DNA of 64,000 nucleotides, taken from assembly GCA_045545595.1 (NCBI GenBank), contig JAZQBG010000004.1, positions 17,361-81,360 of the forward strand, written 5' to 3'. The notes beneath the pieces are model-generated. The model had not been told where the DNA came from, did no database searches, and was given only the letters and a program-made list of their open reading frames with translations. The stretch is from Bacilli bacterium. GTDB taxonomy: Bacteria; Bacillota_I; Bacilli_A; RF39; UBA660. Position numbers and translations under genes: made by a program. This document shows positions 57,791 to 64,000 of this stretch, piece by piece (within the stretch, counting starts at the first letter, position 1; every line of letters starts with the position of its first letter).

Positions 57791-58903
57791 ATGTTGAGAG
57801 AATTATTTGATCAAAAACCTGAAATAAAGAAAATAATATTAATTATATTATTAATTATTGTAACTATAATTATAGGACTGGCTGTTTTTCCAATGTTTAA
57901 GTCAACAAAACTAACATATTCAGAATTAGAAGACAAAATGCAAGAAGCTGCAATTAGTTATTATGAATATAATGAAGACAAATTACCATCCGATGGTAAT
58001 ACTGTAACAATTTCATATGGTACTCTAGAAAAAGCAGGAAAGATTAAAGCAATTGATAAGTATGGAAAAGGGTCATGTGAAGGAAAGGTAGTAGTTAGTA
58101 ACTCAAATAATAATTATGCATACACAGCATATTTAGATTGTGGCACCGATTATAAAACAATTAAATTTTACAACAAAGTATTAGAAGACAACCAAATAGT
58201 TAGTGAAAAAGACGGATTATATCTTCAAGGAAATTCAAAAGTATTTAGAGGTGAAGAAATAAATAATTTTGTCATGTTTGATTTTGATGAAGAACAAATA
58301 TGGAGGATTATAAAAATAGAAGGTGATAACTCTGTTAAATTAATACTTTATAATGGCAGGTTAAAATCTAATTATGATGACCGATATAATTCTGATAGAG
58401 ATTTAACAGTTGGTAAAAATGATTATACTATTAGTAGAATGAAGGAAACTATGGAGGAATTATATAGCGAAGATTTACTAATAACTGGTAATTTAAAAGG
58501 AAAAATGCTTTTAAAACCTATTTGTATTGGTAAAAGATCTGATGACGATAATATCAATGATGGAAGCATTGAGTGTAGTAAAACTATAGAGGGGCAATAT
58601 ATTAGTAATCTAAGTTTATATGAATACATTAATGCAAGTATAGATTCTGCTTGTAATTCTGTAAATACACTAGAATGTCAAAATTATAATTATTTAAATA
58701 TTAATGATGACTTTAGTTCTTGGTGGTTGACAACTGCATACAAAGAAAATTCTTATCAAGCATATTACGTGACTTCTAGCGGGTTAATTAATACTTCATA
58801 TTGTTCATCAATCTTAACTATCAAACCAACAATATATTTAAGCGAAAATACAATTTATGTTTCAGGTAACGGAAGTTATGATGATCCTTATATAATAAAA
58901 TAA
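57791..58903 (+). CDS. membrane-anchored extracellular protein, function unknown
   Basis: N-terminal TM (IILIILLIIVTIIIGLAVF). Cys-containing ectodomain. C-terminal SWWLTTA...IKPTIYL...GNGSYDDPYII resembles a widespread Firmicutes surface domain. Confidence 0.4.
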   Translation: MLRELFDQKPEIKKIILIILLIIVTIIIGLAVFPMFKSTKLTYSELEDKMQEAAISYYEYNEDKLPSDGNTVTISYGTLEKAGKIKAIDKYGKGSCEGKVVVSNSNNNYAYTAYLDCGTDYKTIKFYNKVLEDNQIVSEKDGLYLQGNSKVFRGEEINNFVMFDFDEEQIWRIIKIEGDNSVKLILYNGRLKSNYDDRYNSDRDLTVGKNDYTISRMKETMEELYSEDLLITGNLKGKMLLKPICIGKRSDDDNINDGSIECSKTIEGQYISNLSLYEYINASIDSACNSVNTLECQNYNYLNINDDFSSWWLTTAYKENSYQAYYVTSSGLINTSYCSSILTIKPTIYLSENTIYVSGNGSYDDPYIIK

Positions 58904-59001
58904 AAGACTAGCAATAGTCTTTTTTTGTTGTAAAATAGCACATAATAAAATTCTAAAAATAAAATGTCCATAATATACTTAAGTAAGGAGGACAAACTAT
59001 T

Positions 59002-61650
59002 ATGTGGAATATTTTAAATAACAGTAATACTAAAACAGGACTTACAGATGAACAAGTGGTAGAATCTATTAAAAAATATGGAGATAACAAAATATCTTCC
59101 ACAAAAAAAGAAGGATTTTTTAGACTGTTTATTGAAACATTAGGGGATCCAATTATAAAAATACTTTTAATTGCGCTTGCAATTAAAACAATATTTCTAT
59201 TTAAAGATTTTGACTGGTTTGAAACTATAGGTATAGTAATTGCTATATTTGTTGCTTCATTCATATCTACAATATCAGAATATGGTAGTGAAAAAGCATT
59301 CGAAAAATTGCAAGAAGAATCAGCCAGAATAAAGTGCAGAGTTAAAAGAAACGGACAGGTTATAGAAATAAATATTGATGATATAGTTTGTGGAGATATC
59401 GTAATGTTATCTTCAGGAGATAAAGTACCTGCAGATGGGATTTTGGTAAAAGGTAAAGTTAGTATTGATGAATCCTCAATAAACGGAGAAACAAAAGAAG
59501 CAAATAAAGAACCTATTAATATAGTTTCTAAAATATTAAATGATAAAAACAGAATATATCGCGGAACTGTAGTTTATTCGGGTGAAGGGGAACTTATAAT
59601 AACTGAAGTAGGTGATAAAACTTTCTATGGTAAACTTGCAAAAGAAATACAAGAAAAACAGCCTGATAGTCCACTAAAATTAAGACTTAGACATCTTGCT
59701 CAAATAATCAGTAAAATTGGTTATATAGGTGCGGCGCTAGTATCAATATCATATTTATTTTCAGTAGTTTTCATAAGTAATGGATTTGATATACCTAAAA
59801 TTATAGAAACAATAACTAATTTCCCAGTAATGTTTGGACATATATTATATGCCTTAACACTTAGTGTAACAATAATAGTAGTTGCAGTACCCGAAGGACT
59901 ACCTATGATGATTACTTTAGTTCTTTCTTCTAATATGAAAAGAATGTTAAAAAATAATGTATTAGTTAGAAAGTTAGTCGGAATAGAAACAGCAGGTAGT
60001 ATTAATATCTTATTTACTGATAAGACAGGAACGCTAACTAAAGGTAAATTAGAAGTAGTAGGTTTTTCCACAGGAAATCTAAAAGATTATTATAGTGAAT
60101 TAGAAATCGCACAACACAGAAATCTACACCAGTTAGTTAAATTATCTTTTGTATACAATAATGCAAGTAACTATGATAAACAAAGAAAAAATGTAATAGG
60201 TGGAAATATTACAGATAGAGCTTTGTTATCCTTTATAAAAACAGACCCAGATATGGGTATAAAAAAAATATCTAATATTCCTTTCGATAGTAAAAATAAA
60301 TATTCTATGACCACTGTTAAATACGGAAAAAACATTAACCTAATTAAAGGCGCACCAGAAAAAATTATTCCGTATTGTACAAGTTATTGTGATGAAGATG
60401 GTGTTAAACAATATTTTTATTCAAGAAGAAAAATAAACGAAAAAATCTCTAACATGACTCGAAATGGTATTAGAGTTTTGGCCATAGCTATTTCTGAAGA
60501 TATTAAAAACCCCTTTAAAAATCTAATGTTAGTTGGATTAGTTCATATTAAAGATGAGGTAAGAAAAGATGCAATTGAAGGAGTTAAATTAGTTAATGAT
60601 GCCCATATTCAAACTGTTATGATAACAGGAGATAATAAAGATACAGCTGTTTCAATAGCGAAAGAAGTAGGTCTTCTTACTAGTAAAAAAGATATAGTTT
60701 TAACCTCAACAGATATGAATTCTAAAACTGATGATGAACTAAAAAAGATACTACCAAATCTTAGGGTTGTCGCAAGATCTTTACCACAAGACAAAAGTAG
60801 ATTAGTAAGAATTAGTCAAGAAATGGATTTAGTTGTTGGAATGACAGGGGATGGAGTTAATGATGCACCTGCACTTAAAAAAGCGGATGTAGGTTTTGCG
60901 ATGGGGAGTGGAACAGAAGTTTCTAAAGAAGCCAGTGACATAGTTATTTTAGATGATAATTTTATATCAATATCCAAAGCAATATTATATGGAAGAACTA
61001 TATTTAAAAGTATTAGAAAATTTATAATATTTCAATTAACTGTTAACGCTTGTGCGATTTCTTTATCAATCATTGGACCATTTATAGGTGTGCCAACACC
61101 TGTTACAGTTATTCAAATGTTGTGGATTAATATGGTTATGGATACTTTAGCTGGACTTGCCTTTGCATTTGAACCACCATTATTAGAATACATGAAAGAA
61201 TATCCTAAGAAAAAAGATGAACCAATAATCAATGAATATATGAGAGATGAAATTTTATTTACTGGATTTTATTCTGCGCTTCTTTGTATATTATTTCTAA
61301 AATTACCAATTTTCAATAGTTTATTTAGAACAGGTGAAAATAACATATACTTAATGACAGCATTCTTCGGTTTATTTATATTTATAGGAATATTTAACTG
61401 CTTTAATGCTAGAACTAACAGATTAAATTTGTTTTCTCATCTTTTAGAAAACAAAGTATTTATAGTCATAATTGGTATTATATTAATTATACAAATATAT
61501 TTAATCTATTATGGGGGAAGTCTTTTTAGAACTGCAGGTCTTACATTAAAGGAATTTATTTGGATGATATTACTCGCTATGACGGTTATACCTGTAGACT
61601 TTATTAGAAAGTTATATTTAAGATATAAAAAGAATATTGGTGGTGTATAA
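59002..61650 (+). CDS. calcium-translocating P-type ATPase (P2 type)
   Basis: Motifs DKTGTLT, TGDN and GDGVNDAPALKKADVG. PEGLP in M4. About 10 TM segments. Confidence 0.85.
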   Translation: MWNILNNSNTKTGLTDEQVVESIKKYGDNKISSTKKEGFFRLFIETLGDPIIKILLIALAIKTIFLFKDFDWFETIGIVIAIFVASFISTISEYGSEKAFEKLQEESARIKCRVKRNGQVIEINIDDIVCGDIVMLSSGDKVPADGILVKGKVSIDESSINGETKEANKEPINIVSKILNDKNRIYRGTVVYSGEGELIITEVGDKTFYGKLAKEIQEKQPDSPLKLRLRHLAQIISKIGYIGAALVSISYLFSVVFISNGFDIPKIIETITNFPVMFGHILYALTLSVTIIVVAVPEGLPMMITLVLSSNMKRMLKNNVLVRKLVGIETAGSINILFTDKTGTLTKGKLEVVGFSTGNLKDYYSELEIAQHRNLHQLVKLSFVYNNASNYDKQRKNVIGGNITDRALLSFIKTDPDMGIKKISNIPFDSKNKYSMTTVKYGKNINLIKGAPEKIIPYCTSYCDEDGVKQYFYSRRKINEKISNMTRNGIRVLAIAISEDIKNPFKNLMLVGLVHIKDEVRKDAIEGVKLVNDAHIQTVMITGDNKDTAVSIAKEVGLLTSKKDIVLTSTDMNSKTDDELKKILPNLRVVARSLPQDKSRLVRISQEMDLVVGMTGDGVNDAPALKKADVGFAMGSGTEVSKEASDIVILDDNFISISKAILYGRTIFKSIRKFIIFQLTVNACAISLSIIGPFIGVPTPVTVIQMLWINMVMDTLAGLAFAFEPPLLEYMKEYPKKKDEPIINEYMRDEILFTGFYSALLCILFLKLPIFNSLFRTGENNIYLMTAFFGLFIFIGIFNCFNARTNRLNLFSHLLENKVFIVIIGIILIIQIYLIYYGGSLFRTAGLTLKEFIWMILLAMTVIPVDFIRKLYLRYKKNIGGV

Positions 61651-61756
61651 TTATGTATATTAACAGTTCAAATATGAACTGTTTTTCTTAGTGTAATTGA
61701 AAAAATACGTATTTAGTGGTATACTTTATATTGATTAGTTTTAGAAGGTGATTTTA

Positions 61757-63781
61757 GTGAAAGAGAAAATTTTTAAACTCTTCAAAAAAGTTTTAAATTT
61801 TAATTATAAAGAGTACATTACAACAAGTATTTTGTTTTTAACATTTGTAATAACTAATTTAATAAATTCATCACTACTAAGATTTTTTACAGTTAAAAAC
61901 TATTTCGATATAAAACCAATTTTAGCAGACTTAGCAATTGTCACATTTATAGGTGCATTTGCATTCTTTTTTAAACCTAAAAATAGATTTAAATATTTCT
62001 TTATTTGGTCTATAATTTTAACAGCGATCTGCATTATAAATTCAATATACTATACATTCTTTATGTCGTTTTCTTCAATTTCACTATTAGCAACTTCTAC
62101 ACAAGTAGTTGATGTTGGTGATGCACTTGTTCAAAATGTATTACAAATAAAAGATTTTACTTTCCTTTGGCAACCGTTAATAATAGTTATTGTACATAAA
62201 ATTCTAAAGAAAAAAGAATACTACAAAGGAATAGAGGATTTTGAAAAAGCAAAAATAAAGACTAGAAAAAAAAGAGTATTCAATACTGCAATTTTCTCTT
62301 GTATTGTTGCAGCAATATTTACATTATCATTAAGTGCATTAGAAATAGGGAGATTAAACAAACAATGGAATCGTGAATTTATAGTTTCTAAGTTTGGTAT
62401 ATTTGTTTATCATATTAATGATATTATAAAATGTATAGAACCTAAATTTAATACATTATTTGGATATGATAAAGCATACAGAGAATTTAGAGAGTATTAT
62501 GAGGGAAATTCTGTAAAACCATCTACAAACGAATACACAAATATGTTTGAGGGTAGAAATGTAATAATGATTCATACAGAAAGTATGCAAAAAGTTGCGA
62601 TGGAAACAGAATTTAATGGACAAGAAGTAACTCCAAATTTAAACAAAATAGCAAGTGAAGGATTATATTTTTCTAATTTCTATTCACAAGTTAGTGTAGG
62701 TACAAGTTCAGATACAGAATTCACAGTATCAACATCACTTATGCCAGTAAATAACGGAACAGTATTCATAAGTTACTTTGATAGAAAATATGTCGCATTC
62801 CCAGAGTTAATGAAAGAAAAAGGTTACTATACATTCAGTATGCATGGTAATAATGGGGATTTCTGGAACAGAAACATAATGCACAAAAATCTAGGTTATG
62901 ATAAATATTATTCTAAAACTTCGTATGAAATAGATGAAGAAATAGGATTAGGATTATCCGATAAATCATTCTTTAGACAAGCAACTGATATAATGCAAGA
63001 AGTTAAATTAAAAAAAGAAGGTCAACCATTCTATTCAACACTTATTATGCTTACAAATCATACACCATTTGATGATGTAGAAAAATATGGAGAATTTCCG
63101 GTTACTATGAATTACAAAACAACTAATGAAACTGGTGAAATAGTAGAATCAACAGCTAATTACTTAGAAGGTACAAGCTTAGGTAATTATTTTAAATCAG
63201 CACATTATGCTGATGAAGCAATTGGTGAATTAATGCAACATTTGGATAATAAAGGATTACTAGAAAATACTGTAGTAGTTTTCTATGGAGACCACGATGC
63301 AAGATTACCAAAATCAGAGTATAATTTAATGTTTAACTATAATCCAGAAACTGATGATTTATTAGATGAAAATGATCCAAATTATGATGAATTTGATTAC
63401 TATGATTATGAATTAAATAGGAGTGTTCCATTTATCATTTGGGCCAAGGATAAACAATTTAAAAAAGAAATAACAACAGCTATGGGAATGTATGATGTAT
63501 TACCAACATTAGGAAATATGTTAGGTGTATATAGTCCTTATCAATTAGGACATGATGTAATGAACTTAACTGATAATTTAGTTCCTTTCCCAAATGGTAA
63601 TTGGTTGTCAAATAATGTATATTATAATAATTCAAAACAAGAATATATAACTTTAACGTCAAGTCCAATAAGTGATGAATATATTAAAGAAAATTCAGAA
63701 AAAGCTGATGAAATTTTAAAAGTTTCAAACTCAATAATTGTGTATGATTTAATAAAAGCAGATCTAGAAAAGAATAATTAG
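61757..63781 (+). CDS. LTA synthase (LtaS)-family sulfatase-domain protein
   Basis: Five N-terminal TM helices plus an extracellular sulfatase domain (IMIHTESMQ, GTSSDTEFT, GDHD). Confidence 0.8.
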   Translation: MKEKIFKLFKKVLNFNYKEYITTSILFLTFVITNLINSSLLRFFTVKNYFDIKPILADLAIVTFIGAFAFFFKPKNRFKYFFIWSIILTAICIINSIYYTFFMSFSSISLLATSTQVVDVGDALVQNVLQIKDFTFLWQPLIIVIVHKILKKKEYYKGIEDFEKAKIKTRKKRVFNTAIFSCIVAAIFTLSLSALEIGRLNKQWNREFIVSKFGIFVYHINDIIKCIEPKFNTLFGYDKAYREFREYYEGNSVKPSTNEYTNMFEGRNVIMIHTESMQKVAMETEFNGQEVTPNLNKIASEGLYFSNFYSQVSVGTSSDTEFTVSTSLMPVNNGTVFISYFDRKYVAFPELMKEKGYYTFSMHGNNGDFWNRNIMHKNLGYDKYYSKTSYEIDEEIGLGLSDKSFFRQATDIMQEVKLKKEGQPFYSTLIMLTNHTPFDDVEKYGEFPVTMNYKTTNETGEIVESTANYLEGTSLGNYFKSAHYADEAIGELMQHLDNKGLLENTVVVFYGDHDARLPKSEYNLMFNYNPETDDLLDENDPNYDEFDYYDYELNRSVPFIIWAKDKQFKKEITTAMGMYDVLPTLGNMLGVYSPYQLGHDVMNLTDNLVPFPNGNWLSNNVYYNNSKQEYITLTSSPISDEYIKENSEKADEILKVSNSIIVYDLIKADLEKNN

Positions 63782-63799
63782 GGAAAGTAGGTTATATAA

Positions 63800-64000
63800 A
63801 TGAAGAAAAGAAAATTAAAGAAATCAACAAAAAAAATAATGATTATAACATTAATCGCAGTAATATTTATATTAGGAGTTTATTATGTAATTGATAGTTT
63901 TACCGCTAAAACTCCTGTTAATACTAAAGTTAAAGTAATAGATCAAATAGAAGATTATGGATATAATCTTGAGGAAAATGAAACTAAATTATATAAAGAT
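63800..64000 (+). CDS. 5' end of a membrane-anchored protein (partial, runs off the window)
   Basis: ATG after AAAGTAGG. Basic N-terminus plus TM (IMIITLIAVIFILGVYYVI). Confidence 0.4.
   Translation, partial: MKKRKLKKSTKKIMIITLIAVIFILGVYYVIDSFTAKTPVNTKVKVIDQIEDYGYNLEENETKLYKD

Overview
Strongly AT-rich, low-GC Firmicutes-type chromosome segment. Core markers are trmL, a yunB / yutD / CotS-YutH-like / NifU-like block, tRNA-His, addB-addA, a Ca-type P-ATPase and an LtaS-family gene. Three accessory blocks stand out. (1) 3.4-28.2 kb: a single-strand supercluster in which a Tad/Flp-like pilus module (CpaB-like, TadA/CpaF ATPase, TadB/TadC-like, small pilin, TadE-like, degenerate TadZ-like) runs directly into a Gram-positive type IV secretion module (two VirB2-like proteins, VirB6/TrbL-like, PrgI/VirB3-like, VirB4 split into two ORFs, SpoIID+CHAP hydrolase, lipoprotein, VirD4-type coupling protein). 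No relaxase or integrase is visible. (2) 7.48-14.08 kb: inserted between the pilin gene and the tadE-like gene is an array of gene cassettes bounded by a 63-bp composite repeat. The repeat is a TTATC-N12-GATAA dyad carrying perfect DnaA-box 9-mers, followed by a promoter-like block. The cassettes hold four YhcG/DUF1016 PD-(D/E)XK nuclease paralogues (two decayed), two toxin-antitoxin-like gene pairs and a KilA-N gene. Every DUF1016 paralogue, including a fifth at 38.7 kb, has a different-sequence palindrome at the same codon position; one is a perfect 39-bp palindrome. (3) 36.3-47.6 kb: an island next to tRNA-His with a large serine recombinase broken by one in-frame TGA, DUF1016 no. 5, a Shedu-like nuclease, a cytoplasmic LRR protein flanked by two copies of a promoter-hairpin-terminator unit (candidate sRNA), and a KilA-N/UvrD-like helicase pair. 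A tnpB-only IS200/IS605-type element lies at 28.35-29.74 kb. Several accessory genes carry single nonsense or frameshift lesions. All family assignments come from motifs read by eye and have not been searched against databases.
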